Assembly (NCBI GenBank): GCA_977018835.1
Contig: OZ361256.1
Coordinates: forward strand, 2,480,001-2,544,000
Direction of reading: 5' to 3'
Length of the DNA: 64,000 nt
DNA from: Minutocellus sp. GHC0000111
Taxonomy: Eukaryota
Position numbers and translations under genes: made by a program. This document shows positions 10,989-22,596 of this stretch, in pieces; position 1 is the first letter of the stretch; each line of letters starts with the position of its first letter. The notes beneath the pieces were generated by a model. The model worked only from the letters and a program-made list of their open reading frames with translations. It was not told the DNA's origin and did not search any database.

Positions 10989-13728
10989 TTAGACTGCAAG
11001 AGAATGAAAAAAGCATCGGACCATGATGAGGCAGAACAATAAGATGCACCCAAGTGGAATCATAAGAGTGTTGAGCATCTTGTCTAATGTCGCAAGGCCG
11101 GCAAGCGTCACGGCGATATCTCCGATTGCTCGGCCGAAGGTGCCGGTCTCTGTATTGATCAACCCGCTATTGCAAAAGCCCTTGGCCAAAGAGTGCGGCA
11201 CGACTTTACTTAGCATGCTCATGATGATTGATTCAAGACACTGTAGACCACAGAACCCGATTAGACAGCCATAAATATACTTGTGCGGACCGACACAAAA
11301 CACGCTGTATTGCCAATCATGCTCGTTGGGGCGCTCTCCAAATAGTTCTGGGAAGTCGATAAGAAGGACAATTCCCAATGCTGATATTGCCAGGAGGCTT
11401 GTTAGAATCACACGGTCCTCATACAATCGAGAACTATACAAATCCAAACCGGAACCGTGAAATTCTTGGCACAAAACATCATGAATGGTGATCTGCTTGT
11501 GCTCGATTCGCTGTTGGTAGATGCGATCTCCTCCGCTTCAGCAGAATCCTCGTTGTTATCATACTTTTCTGTGGGCGATTGTGCCAACAAGGGTTTCTCT
11601 TCGCCCACAGCCTCAGCACCATCATGTACAGACGACTCTCGGCTCGTCACGGGACTGTCGGCCTTGTCCTTCAGCTCGTTCAAGCCTAAGCGTTCCGGCT
11701 CCTTGAATGCAAGAGCGATGAGGAGGGAGAATAGGAGCCAAACTATGAACATGATGTATCCCGGAGCAGTCAGGCCATTGAAAATGAACGTTCCATGTGA
11801 AGTCTCAATAGTGAAATCAATGCTCTGGCAGATGGCCGCGAGGCCTGGACCGACGGCAGTTCCAGCTGCACTCAAGGTTACGAATGCGGCGCTTATCGCC
11901 GTCCGTTGAGCTATCGGCGAGACATCGGCAATGTACCGTCGATTAATTACCCTCGGTCCAACGAGGCCAACGCCAATGCGTCCAATCAATATCATCTCAA
12001 TGGACTTGAAGTGCAATGCGAGTCCATACAAAAGATTGCCGATGCAAAGACAAAATGCAGAAAACAGCAAGGGGCGCTTGAAGTTATGGCTTGTCCAAGC
12101 GCTATACAAGATCGTTGACGCCATTGCTGCCCACGGTGTACAGCCAATGACTAGCCCTGCTAGAGCTTTGTGCCCCCCGAGGGTCTCAATGTAGACAGCA
12201 CTTGTGGGACCTGCGACAAAATAGTTTGCCATGTAGAGAAATGTAGAAAACAGATTCAGTCCAAGAGGGAGGTAGTAATCGAGGCCTTGCTTTGTTTCCT
12301 TTTGGCCAAGCTCAACGCCATTCATAATAGGTGCACCCGCCTCTAAGAATCCCATGTCAACATCAACCAGCCCGCAAAGACCGTCTCTTGTGAGAGCATA
12401 GAACGCCATGTCCCAATCCTTGTCGTCTATGGCAGCATTTGCGACAACTGCCGGCTCGAGCGAGAGAGTATTTCCTACGGAACCAAGAACAACCAGCTCT
12501 TGAAGACTGCGGTGCGTTGCGTCCTTGATCCTCGTCAATGTCGCATCAATACAGGTAACACAGGGGTCGCTGCGGAACTTGACATACATAGCCTCTTCAA
12601 TATTCGCCATCGAAGACAGTTCTTGTTGAGGGACATCGCCATCGGTAATCGCGCATAATCTCTCAATATCAACCTTGAGGGCGCGTTGATAACCCCTTCT
12701 CCAGCTACCATAGACCGCTCGGAGGCCATCGTGAAACCACAAGCTTTGTAAGTGCGATGTTTTGCTTTTCCGTCTTGTCCGAACATAGTAGCGACACAAT
12801 GCCTTGCCGTCTGATTTCACGAGACGATCATGACGAGTCAAAATCTTTCGTAATGCCGAAACGTTCGATCCAACAAACAAGCACAAATCGGCAAGTCGAC
12901 CCCCCAGCGTTTTGTATTGGTCCAAGCTTCTCTCTGCATCTGCCAAGCCAATCAATTCTTTCAGTTCATCTGCGATTCGTCCAACCTCGGCCAGATAAAA
13001 TAGAACGGCCTTCTCAAGTTGCGAATCAATAAGAGCACAAAACTGGTACTGTTCGCTTCCCGGTTCTAACCAGTCACCCTCGACACCGCCTCTGTATGCA
13101 TTGGAGCCACTCATTGAAGAAGTGGCAGAAATAGAGCTATCAGATCGATTCCTCCCACCTCCACTGATGCCCGTAAAGAGACTTAAGGCACGCTTAGTCG
13201 GACTTAGCGGAACGAATCGGTCTCCCGTTCTTCTAATGGTGCCACCGCCAGTGCCGGCAGGAACCCTTCGCTTCGATGGTGATTGTGCCTTGGACTAATG
13301 TTGTTAGCGGGCTTCTGATTTTCGTTTGACCGACTTTCTGCTAGAACTTCCAATTCGGTCCCGATTGACCGATGCCGGCGGCTGCCACGAAAACTCCTCC
13401 TTCTCGGATGGCGTCCCAGGCCCGCATGTCCGCGTCGAATATCTACGAGCCGCCTCTCCATTGACCGAACTTGCGACATGAGCAGGGCAAAGTCCACGTA
13501 CTGGTCAGACCATTCTGGTCGCTGAGCACGCAGATAGGAGGCTAGAAAGGTATCGTCACCACCACTACCACTTGAATTATTGGAGGGGGGAATTCTTCCG
13601 CTGCTCCGCCGGCTTGCCGATTCCGGCATGTCTGCCGACATGGTGGGCCGAAGTCCAATCACATCTGGTGCTAGTTCATTAGGGGCGCCAATATCTGCCG
13701 ACTTGGATCTACTATGTGCATTCTCCAT
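10989..13728 (-). CDS. SPX-MFS vacuolar phosphate transporter (VPT/PHT5-like); intron or frameshift near 13295; out-of-frame junction near 11430 that looks like an internal deletion
   Basis: SPX motifs RPEWSDQYVDF, LIDSQLEKAVLFY and NVSALRKILTRHD. MFS part LNLFSTFLYMANYFV, INRRYIAD, GLTAPGY, LESIIMSMLSKV, NSGLINTETGTFGRAIGD. Confidence 0.85.
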
Positions 13729-13957
13729 GGCTTTTGGGTCTGTATTTGCGGCTGGTCAAGGAGGCTCTGCTCGAGAGTCCCCGCTGTTCGTGTTCGGCGG
13801 TGCGTATCTTCTGCCTTCCCTCCCACGCACGAAAAATGAGGCGAGTTGCACGCGATTGTCTGTCCGTCTGTCGGCCGCAGTCATAAAGCACGGCGGTCTG
13901 CTGCCAGCTAGCGCCCCACCTGCAAACCGGCCGCAATTTTCTGGTACGCCAAACGCC

Positions 13958-15154
13958 ATGCCATCGACTCTCGTTGGAATCAGCCCACCGACCGATGGGC
14001 TTGTCGAGTACATCAAGGAGACGGTGACCTCCATCGGAGAGACACGATTGCATTGGGCCGGCCAACATTCCATGTGCCAGGATGAAGAGAGGAACTATGC
14101 CGATACCCTTCTCCTCTCAGTCACATTCGTTGTTGCTGGTGACGATGATGAAGATGGCAATGACGCCGAAGAACGCCCCCTTTCGGTTATTGAAGCTGTA
14201 CAAAAGGCCTTGAATGAGAATAGTGGTGGCGATGATAACAAGAAATTACCGCCGCCTCTTCCAAACAACGACGATGCTGATAGCCAAAGTTATGTCGTGG
14301 AAATGTGGGCCTCGGCACCTGCACCATTGCCGTTGCGTCCAGCGATGACAGGATACGATATGCTCAGCAACATCAGTGGCGAAAGGTGGGATGACGAAGC
14401 ACCGCAGCTCATGCGTGAATTTGGCATCGTGCAGCAGGAGGATATTCTCAACAAGCAGGAAGTAGCAGAATTGCGCCAAATGGTGGACGGTGCAATCGCC
14501 AATGTGGAGGCATTGCTCGCCAAACACCGGCCCGAAATCAATGTTGGCGAAGATTCCTTCATCTTCAAGGAGATCGCCAGTCGCAACTTGGAGCGATTTG
14601 ACTTGAGGATGGACACCATACCCGGTGCGGCAGAGTATGTAGAACGCTGCATATTGGACAATGTGAAGGTCCAATCGTTGCTGCGGCAGTCTTTGAGAGA
14701 GCCAGAGGAGGTGGACTTTGACATTAGTGTCGTGTACAGCCGACCTGGTGCGATCAACCAAAGATGGCATGCGGATGGGAGTCATCAAAAGGGCGCCAAG
14801 GATGCTGGTGTGGAGGATATGGGCTGGAAGCATACCCTGGCGGATGCCTATGCCCTATGCTTGTTTATTCCCCTCATTGATTTGGATCATGAGGTTGGCT
14901 ACACGCAGTTTTGGCCGGGAAGTCATCGCCACAGGGATTTGGTGGGATTTGGCCCAGTGGCCGAGCTTACCAAGGCCACTTACGATGGCATTAGCAAGGC
15001 AGGAGGTGGATTGTGGTACGATTATCGATTGCTTCATCGCGGCATGTTCAATGTTTCGAATGTGGTTCGACCGGTGGTGCAGGTAATCTTCAAGAAGAAG
15101 TGGTACGTGGAGAAGGTAAACTATGGAAAAGAGAGTATCATTAGAGAGGGATAA
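13958..15154 (+). CDS. PhyH-like 2-oxoglutarate/Fe(II) dioxygenase
   Basis: PGAINQRWHADG (HxD), LFIPLIDL, GYTQFWPGSH, YDYRLLHRG, RPV. Confidence 0.8.
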   Translation: MPSTLVGISPPTDGLVEYIKETVTSIGETRLHWAGQHSMCQDEERNYADTLLLSVTFVVAGDDDEDGNDAEERPLSVIEAVQKALNENSGGDDNKKLPPPLPNNDDADSQSYVVEMWASAPAPLPLRPAMTGYDMLSNISGERWDDEAPQLMREFGIVQQEDILNKQEVAELRQMVDGAIANVEALLAKHRPEINVGEDSFIFKEIASRNLERFDLRMDTIPGAAEYVERCILDNVKVQSLLRQSLREPEEVDFDISVVYSRPGAINQRWHADGSHQKGAKDAGVEDMGWKHTLADAYALCLFIPLIDLDHEVGYTQFWPGSHRHRDLVGFGPVAELTKATYDGISKAGGGLWYDYRLLHRGMFNVSNVVRPVVQVIFKKKWYVEKVNYGKESIIREG

Positions 15155-15448
15155 AGTAAGCATATGTAGACTCTACGTAGATCTACACGTAGCTAGATCT
15201 AGATCTACGTGTAAGTGCATAAGTCATCAGGTCGGTGTTGAGTGTGTGTGTGTGGCTACGGCCAACCTCTCGCAATGTCAGTAGAACCCGGATGTACGTC
15301 CCAGCATACAGGGGCCCCTGTTGTGGCTGCTGCTGCGCAGTCCAACTCATTTATCCGACCGCGAAACGAATACAGAGGAGAGTATCACCTTCAGCAAATC
15401 TTGATCGTCGCTATCACAAAACGTATCTCTTTCCATAAATCCTTCACC

Positions 15449-16339
15449 ATGGCGTCTAGATGCTGCTCGAATTGCAATCGCTGGCTGAGCAAGGACTGCT
15501 ACAGCAAGACGCAGTGGACCAAGGGGGCCGGTATCTCCAGATGCCGAGGTTGCCTGAACAACGGCGGCACGCTCGACCCTACCCGCACCGCGCGGCAGAA
15601 CAACTCCAGCAAGGCGGCATTCACAACTCAAGCTTTGAGCAACCCCTTCGCGCAGGGTGCATTCCGTTGGGTGGCGAGGGGACGCTACACCGAGGGCACC
15701 AGGGCTGGAGAGGAGTGCGTGTGCAAATGGTTTAAGACGGGAGGCGTCGTGGAGAGTCATTTCTTCGACACGGACATTGCCACGGTGGAGGAGGCTGTCC
15801 GCCTCATCACGAAGTGGAATGCCCGCGGTCTGGTAAACAAAATGGTCCAAGTCAATCGTCCAGAGGTGTGGACATTTGAATAATACTCGGGAGCCCAGTG
15901 GGCCGGAAAGAAGGTCCTGCAGGAGCCATTCATCCAGAACTATCAAAAGTTCAACTCCAACACCGGGTGGTCCGACGACACGCTGCCGTGGCCACGTGTC
16001 ATGCAGGCCCTCTCGCACTTTTCGTACCATGTGTCCAACGGAGAGTCCGTCCTGTGCGACTTGCAGGGGGGCTTCTACAGTGATGGCGTCGTCCTCACTG
16101 ATCCCGTCGTGATGTCGACGTCGCGGCGATTCGGCCCAACTGACCTTGGAGCGGCGGGCATCAGCTCCTTCTTCGCGCACCACACTTGCAACGAGTATTG
16201 TAGATCCGAATGGAGAAAACCTCGTAACCAGACTCCATACTATACTGCCACCGCTGGAACCACGATGGAACAGGTTCCGACCCACCATTCCCGTCCCAGG
16301 ATGACGCTGAACTATCTTGGATCAATTCAAGAAAGATAA
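15449..16339 (+). pseudogene. Alpha-kinase (eEF2K/MHCK family) with N-terminal Stc1-like zinc finger; one in-frame TAA at 15881-15883
   Basis: FAQGAFRWV, CVCKWFK, then TFE*YSGAQWAGKKVLQEPFIQNYQKFNSNTGW, QALSHFSYH, LCDLQG, LTDP, FGPTDLG, HTCNEYC, all in one frame. Confidence 0.85.
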
Positions 16340-16635
16340 ATTTGTCACTGCCTACATGTAGCAGCCACGTACGCGTAGTTAATGTACCTAGGTACTAGCT
16401 ACACGTAATCGAGCATGCCCAATATAGAGCCAGATAAGAGCAAAGAGGGTAGCACGATGGATAGAAGGGGGAAGGGGAACCAACAGAGCATGTGATGCGA
16501 GTGTTCACTCTAATCTTGTGGCATGTACGTTTATCAAATTGTCATCTTGAAGAGATTGAACAAGTTCTAAAGTATAGCATAAGAGTAAATTGAGTTAATT
16601 AAGTTTATATGGTTTGCATGTACTTTTATCAGCAT

Positions 16636-18318
16636 CTACGTAATCTCCTTATCCGCAACCTTGTTGCCGGCCTCAGGATCTTCAGCTTGTCTCGCCGCAC
16701 TCTCGGTCAGTGCCAAATCCCTATCCTCACTTCCTACGACGTCTTCTTTGCCGTGAACCAGAGACGGCGCGCAAAAAAGACCAATCAGGGACACGATTCC
16801 AAGTAGCAGATACTGCAAACTCGGCGCACTGACACTGACATTATTCACCAAAACAGTAGCTATGAATGGTGATAGTCCGCCCGCAAGAGCGTGTGCGATG
16901 TCATAGCCAATTGAAACTGACGTTAGCCGATGTTGGGCTGGAAATGATTCACAGAGCCAGGCCGTCAGTGGGCCTCCCCAAAGCGAGAGCAGAATTCCCA
17001 TTGTAATTTGTGATCCAATGGCTCCAGCCACCTTTCCGCGGGATATAATGAAGAGACCAAACGGCCCGAAGATGGTAAGGCCAATGCCTCCGATGATCAT
17101 GACTCGGCGTACACCAAACTTATCAGATAACCAACCAGAAAGAGGCATCAGTAGGCACATGGTAAGAAGCAGCGACAATGCGTTGATACCAAATGCATTT
17201 GGTACCGGAGGTTCCACGAGACTATCCAAAAAAAATTGCCATCCACACGAATGTCAAATAAAATCCACCGGCCCATAGCATAGGGACCAATGTTGCCGAA
17301 ATCAACGATCGACGGTTGTCCTTGCTAAAAGCAGCTTTGATCGGGTTGATGTGGTTTGCCGAATCCTTGTGATTGGCAATCTCATCACGTTCACATTTGT
17401 AATGTAGATATCCTGCCGGAATGAGAATCAATATACCAGAAAGAAACGGAACACGCCACCCCCACTTGGCGAGGGCATCGTCGGATAGCCTCTGACGCAT
17501 AGCAAAGCTCACCAACACACCCAATAAGGTCCCCCAATTTGCCGCACACATCACCGCCGCGCCGTAGAATCCCCACCGTTCACGTGGGTGCCCCTCGACA
17601 GTAAAGACCAAGGAACTCATGAGCTGACCACCGACGCTCAGTCCTTGCGCCAATCGAACAATGATGAGAAGGACCGGTGAGATCCACCCGGCCATGTTGT
17701 ACGATGGAAGGCATCCCATCAGGAATGTGCTGATGGCCATGAGGCTAATGCTCGTTACGAGGGCATGCTTGCGACCATACGAATCGCCTTGCCATCCTGT
17801 GATGAGTCCACCGACTGCACAAAAAATGAAAAGGGAGGGGAGAGGTTCAATGAGAATGATGAGTCGGTCTCGAGTGAACAGGACAGATAACTATTACAAA
17901 TCAGCAAAGACTGCCGGTCGTAGGATTTAGGTGATCGCCGCTGCAAAGACCAGCTTGCGCCCTACCAAAAATGGGCATAAGTAATACAGACTGCTGGCCA
18001 GCAATACTTACGCGGCCGAGCAAGGAAGGCTCCGCCAAAGACGGCAAAGCTCTGGGCTAGAGCAGCATGTCCCGACTGAGGTGGGAAGAAAACATCCCCA
18101 ATGACGTCGGAGAAATAGCCAAAGATGGCAAAGTCGTACCACTCAAGGACATTGCCGGCCACCCCTGCGATGGTTGCAAGGGTGGTTCGGTTTCCGGCTG
18201 AAGATGTTTTGGTGAGCGATTCTGGAGGAGGCGGAGGGAGAGAGTGCTCGGGGAATGAATCGCTGTTGTCGGCAGCGTCATTATCTGATCCCTTCACGTC
18301 GTCATTTGATTTCCCCAT
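16636..18318 (-). CDS. MFS metabolite:H+ symporter (ProP-like proline/betaine transporter family); intron 17815-18011; +1 frameshift in a T8 run near 17230
   Basis: GNVLEWYDFAIFG, FLARP|LGG...GDSYGRK, RLAQGLSVGG, WGWRVPFL, LSDKFGVR, ESFPAQHRLTSVSIGY; intron gtaagt...tgcag. Confidence 0.88.
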
Positions 18319-18689
18319 TGTTCTGCAAAGGCAAGGGTGTCGAGGCGTTTCAGTGGTTGTTGTTGGCCGGTGGCCGTATCTTCCTTGGCAATAATATACC
18401 GTATTGCAGCACGCGTACGCGTGGCGCGGCCGGGCAGATGGCAGAGGCTGATGACTTTTAGAACCCGGATTCGATTCTTCGACTTTCTGTATGATTGGTA
18501 TGACGCACATTTTGTCCACATCACCTCTTTACAATAGCCCCTCCTTTTGGTCTGCGTCAGAACCAGCAAGCACTGCCGAATGAATCCATCATCTTCTCAT
18601 CTTTTGATCGACGCGACTGAGAAGTCGAATGAAGTGAAGAGATCAGCGTATTCCCGTAGAATTCCCAGGACTATACCACTAGTACCACC

Positions 18690-19285
18690 ATGCTTCTCTG
18701 CCGTCTTCACCCGGCGACCATCGGCCTGTGTCACTCATTGTTCGATGCCACGATCTGTACATTGCATCGCCAAACTGTACCAAGCCCAACTTCTCTCATA
18801 CGCAGGGATGCATGTATCTGGATCCAATCCCAACTGCATTCACTCCGGCAAGGCGGACAATGAACATCCAAACTCGGGCCGGCAAAGTAGGAGAAATTTA
18901 CAAGCAGCTGCGTTGGTTGGAAGAGAATGGCAAATTCACACCCTATTTGGGAGGTGATCGACTAACGCATGCTGATGTGACGTGGTTTCCAACGGCTGTA
19001 TTTATGGAGTTATTGCTTCCGTTGGTATTTGACTGGACACCGATATTTGTTGCTGGTGATGAGGATGAGGGTGATGGGGCTACAATAGCGGCAACAATTC
19101 GGCAAAAGGAATTCCCAAGGCTTGGCGGATGGTTCCGAAAATGTTTGGCTACTGACATGTGCTTTGTGGAAACTCGGCGAGAAATACGGGGCACTTTGTT
19201 GAATCAAAAGGAAAGGGGGCGATTTGCAGCTGTGAAGGATACCGTCGAGGCTCATAGCGAGGAGTTCAAGTGGAAATATGTCTGA
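18690..19285 (+). pseudogene. Glutathione S-transferase, C-terminal domain only (N-terminal thioredoxin-like domain missing)
   Basis: HDLYIASPN...EIYKQLRWLEE...PYLGGDRLTHADVTWFPT...FPRLGGWF. The only nearby ATG (18690) is out of frame and 38 nt upstream. Confidence 0.6.
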
Positions 19286-19491
19286 TCGACCGCGAACATA
19301 TCTGTTGTTGCAACTCTCACTCTACACTGTGTGGAGGTAGAAAATTCTAGGTATATGAATGTAATAAAATCCTATGTAAACGTTTACTAGTATCGAATTG
19401 CCATCTATCTTGAAGGGATAAAAAAGAAATTTATAATGGTGATATGTACAAAATGATTTAGATTGGACAGTTCGCTTAATCCTTAATGTCG

Positions 19492-20220
19492 TTACGCGCA
19501 TTTCATGGCCTCGGCCTCGTCCCTCTTGGCGGCGAGGAGGGCGCGCTTCTTGGCCTTCTTGGTTGTGGACTCGTAGACGGCGGCGATGTAGGATGATGTA
19601 AAGCTGCTGGCATCTTGTGCCTCAAGGACGGTATTGATGGCCAGCGATTGTTCCTGTTGCTGGCGTTGAAGAACAGTAGCAGAACGCAGATGCTCGAGGC
19701 CGCGGTAGCAACACTTTGACTCGTCCAATGTTTCTCCATGGTCAAGGCCATGGCTGCGCATGTGGCGGACGGTGCGCTTCATCTCCTTCTTTTGACGAAG
19801 GGAGTCGGCAGGGCCGTGCCAGGTGTCGTCGATTTCGTGTTGGGGCATTTGCCATATTCCAGGAATTACCAGGCAGCGGATGTTTTCGTTGAAGCGAACC
19901 GAGCGCAACAGTGATGGTGGTGAGGAGGGCGAAGGCGCTTGGCCTTTCTCCTGGCTTCTTCGGCACGAAGTGGGAGCTTTTCTTTCAAAATCTGCAGAAG
20001 TAGAAACGGTAGTCGATGAAGATGAGACGGAAGAATCATGAACGCATGGGTCCGCTTTATTGTTTGTGCGACGGTGAGCGAGACAGGAAATGGAATTTGC
20101 TGCATCAGTCATTGTCGTGCGCTCGTGTCCACGGTGGCATCTGACGGACTCGGCGCGGGTGGTAGCGTCGCCGGCAACGGTTGGATAGCTACAGAAAGTA
20201 GTAGAGGGCGTCATCACCAT
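19492..20220 (-). CDS. Diatom-type hypothetical protein (VRF..W..RGLE..VLEAQ..A..A..D family)
   Basis: SVRFNENIRC, DTWH, CYRGLEH, VLEAQ, RALLAAKRD pattern. Confidence 0.7.
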   Translation of the reverse strand: MVMTPSTTFCSYPTVAGDATTRAESVRCHRGHERTTMTDAANSISCLAHRRTNNKADPCVHDSSVSSSSTTVSTSADFERKAPTSCRRSQEKGQAPSPSSPPSLLRSVRFNENIRCLVIPGIWQMPQHEIDDTWHGPADSLRQKKEMKRTVRHMRSHGLDHGETLDESKCCYRGLEHLRSATVLQRQQQEQSLAINTVLEAQDASSFTSSYIAAVYESTTKKAKKRALLAAKRDEAEAMKCA

Positions 20221-20752
20221 GACGATTGAGAGATTATGAGATGGGAGGGATTATGTATTTGTGCGCTTGCTACTGCAATGATGATAATGAGCGTGAGATA
20301 TTCGGCGGACTTTGAGCAGGAGACGGGATAACGTTGGGATATCAATGTGGAATATCAATCGGTACGGCGTGTATGCCGGACTTGATCGGAAGAGTGACAG
20401 TGATCAACATCCACTTTCTTGAAATGTGGTCTACATTGAACAACGGGACGATCCCGAGAGGAACGAAGTGCCGGAAAAATCAAAAGCGGGAATGATCCCG
20501 TATGTCTTAACTTGAAAAATACACATAAACTCTCAGAACATTAAAGATTTCCCCGGAGTGCGTGCCATTAATCGCAGAACGGGGGACTCACATTTCGCCA
20601 AAAGTAAGTGAGAGCTCAATTTATATGAGGTGTAAAAGAAGAAGGAAAAGCTTCTATATTCTTACTTTCTAACGATACACATACATTTCCACATCTTCCC
20701 CCCTTTTAGACAAAGACAGGACCTCTCGCCGATTCGATCCAACTCCGACAAC

Positions 20753-20840
20753 ATGAGAGAAAAATTACGAGCGGGTGCTGCGAACGTGCGAACCTGCCAG
20801 GAGCGAACCCTCTCGACGGCCAGACCGGCAGAGTGGGGGG
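20753..20840 (+). pseudogene. TAZ: Detached 5' coding end of tafazzin (MREKLRAGAANVRTCQERTLSTARPAEWG), separated from the rest of the gene by the retrotransposon
   Basis: ATG at 20753 is open up to the element boundary. Joining to 29342 gives ...AEWG-LICGATAATTFVGAWYY if the G6 run is G5. Confidence 0.65.
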
Positions 20841-20887
20841 CGATGACACATCGAACACAGTGCCTCCCTCCGCTGATTCTCCCAACT
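20841..20887 (-). repeat. Split direct repeat B2 (element 3' terminus)
   Basis: 47 nt, 45/47 identical to 21174-21220. Confidence 0.9.
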
Positions 20888-20889
20888 TG

Positions 20890-21173
20890 CGGTAAATGAA
20901 ACTTAACTTTTCTTAGACGGGTTTGAGGGAATTTAAAAAACTAACTTACTGCTGAGAGAGAGAGAGAGAGAGAGACAGGCTCTGGGAGCCGGTACTGTAA
21001 GCTGACTTAGCAATTGCAACGGCAGCAATCGCAGATGGTTGTGGCTTGGTCAGTTGAGACGAGAGGAGGCGAAGGTGGTGGTCAGCAGAAAAACTGGGCA
21101 CTGCAGGAATGCAGTTTTAGTGCCTGCTGCTAACCACCGTCGCCAGCTCATCCCCACCGTGCGGCACCCACAA
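20890..21173 (-). repeat. Split direct repeat A2 (contains a (GA)n tract)
   Basis: Near-identical to 29071-29341. Confidence 0.92.
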
Positions 21174-21220
21174 CGATGATACATCGAACACAGTACCTCC
21201 CTCCGCTGATTCTCCCAACT
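21174..21220 (-). repeat. Split direct repeat B1, abutting A2
   Basis: cgatgatacatcgaacacagtacctccctccgctgattctcccaact. Confidence 0.9.
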
Positions 21221-21255
21221 CTGTGCAACTTAGTAGAACATGAAATGCAGTTTAA

Positions 21256-22596
21256 CTACGTGAACTGGAGCTGGCATTGGCGGTAAATGAAACTTCTTAG
21301 AGGGTGAGGTCCCTCTCCCCCTCCTCCTTTCCGCATAGCACAGATCGGCCAACAACAATGTGTGTCGTGCTTAGGTGAACAGGGCGAAGGGGGGCATTGG
21401 AGTCCCGAAGCCGGCATTTCGGCCAATGCTGTTGATGCAGGCGAAGGATTGGCGGCAATTTGGGGTCCTTGGGTCTTCGCGATGGCTCGTCGAGTGTGCG
21501 TGGGGCACGTTGAAAAGAAGGAACCTCGTTGGATCATGCGTGTGGAGACTCCGGATGTAAATTCTTGGACCTGGCGACGGATGTACTTGAGGAAGGCGTC
21601 ACTGGACCACCGCCCTACCAGCATGATTGTGTGCGTGGGAACATCATTTAGACACATTGCCATTGCTGCTCCGCTGCGAATGGAGTGTGATCCGAATTCA
21701 GAGGGATGGCAGCCCAGGACGTCCTCTCCAATCACTGTGGCCGACGCTCGGATCTTGTCAACTATTCGGGTGGCAGGAATGTGTTTTAACACGCCGTTGA
21801 CCACGAAGGCATTTACCGGCGTGTCGCTGTTGGTACTAGGGCACCCTAGGACTCGTTTCACCAGGGCAGCCCAAGCTCGAACTGGGCAGAGGGTGGCGTC
21901 GTGGGTGCAGTGTTGCGTAATCGTGACGTCACGCTCGTTGTGACACATGCGCCGTCGGCCGCGGTAGAACTGGACATTGCGGAGGCGGAGCAGCTTGGTC
22001 CTGCGCTCACCGCTGACTCTGGAGCATTCGCAAGACCTCATCGCGAAGAAGAAGGCGCCGACGGCTAGTTGCCCGACTGCACGGTCCTCTTCCGTTTCCC
22101 TGACGGAGGCGATCTCTCGGAGGAGCCGGCAGGTGATCGCCTTCTCCGGCCGCTCGGCCGGGTCGGACTGGCTGTGTCCTCGGAACTGCCGCTGTAGAAG
22201 GAATGAAGGCTGGCCGATGTCGTCTTTCCCTGGGTCCCTGCGCTGGTTGTGCCCCCCGGAAGGACGAGCATGCACATGTGAGACGGTGTCTCGGACTGTC
22301 GACGCAGCCAGTCGCGAAAACTTTGGCCCCGAAAAGCTGGCCTGTCGGACGGCGTGGGCAAAGGCGCCGAGAATGACTGTTCGGTCTCGGGGTGACACCT
22401 TGTCGAGGAAGACGTCGTCCCCGGTCCCGATGAGCTGCAGGAACTCAGTCCAGCGGCTCCACGCGAGAGCGTGCTTCTCGGCAGTGGCCGTTGTAACTGC
22501 TTCCTGACGGGCAGCGTCCGCGCCTGCGAGACAATCCAGGAAGTAATCTCGTTGGGCAGTGGTGCAATCCTGAAATTTGAGGGAAGAAGCTGACAT
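21256..22596 (-). CDS. Tyrosine recombinase of the retroelement (degenerate)
   Basis: GAFFFAMRSCE (R), LCPVRAW, GSHSIRSGAA (HxxR), GRWSS (W), FLKYIR (catalytic Y). Overlaps the end of pol. Probable short in-frame deletion before ERDVTITQH. Confidence 0.9.
   Translation of the reverse strand: MSASSLKFQDCTTAQRDYFLDCLAGADAARQEAVTTATAEKHALAWSRWTEFLQLIGTGDDVFLDKVSPRDRTVILGAFAHAVRQASFSGPKFSRLAASTVRDTVSHVHARPSGGHNQRRDPGKDDIGQPSFLLQRQFRGHSQSDPAERPEKAITCRLLREIASVRETEEDRAVGQLAVGAFFFAMRSCECSRVSGERRTKLLRLRNVQFYRGRRRMCHNERDVTITQHCTHDATLCPVRAWAALVKRVLGCPSTNSDTPVNAFVVNGVLKHIPATRIVDKIRASATVIGEDVLGCHPSEFGSHSIRSGAAMAMCLNDVPTHTIMLVGRWSSDAFLKYIRRQVQEFTSGVSTRMIQRGSFFSTCPTHTRRAIAKTQGPQIAANPSPASTALAEMPASGLQCPPSPCSPKHDTHCCWPICAMRKGGGGEGPHPLRSFIYRQCQLQFT

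Noticed and set aside
20841..21300. Short repeats with intervening sequence as a CRISPR array or classical LTR pair
   Set aside because: Only two copies of each unit in an A/B split arrangement, eukaryotic context, no cas genes, no TG..CA ends or TSD.
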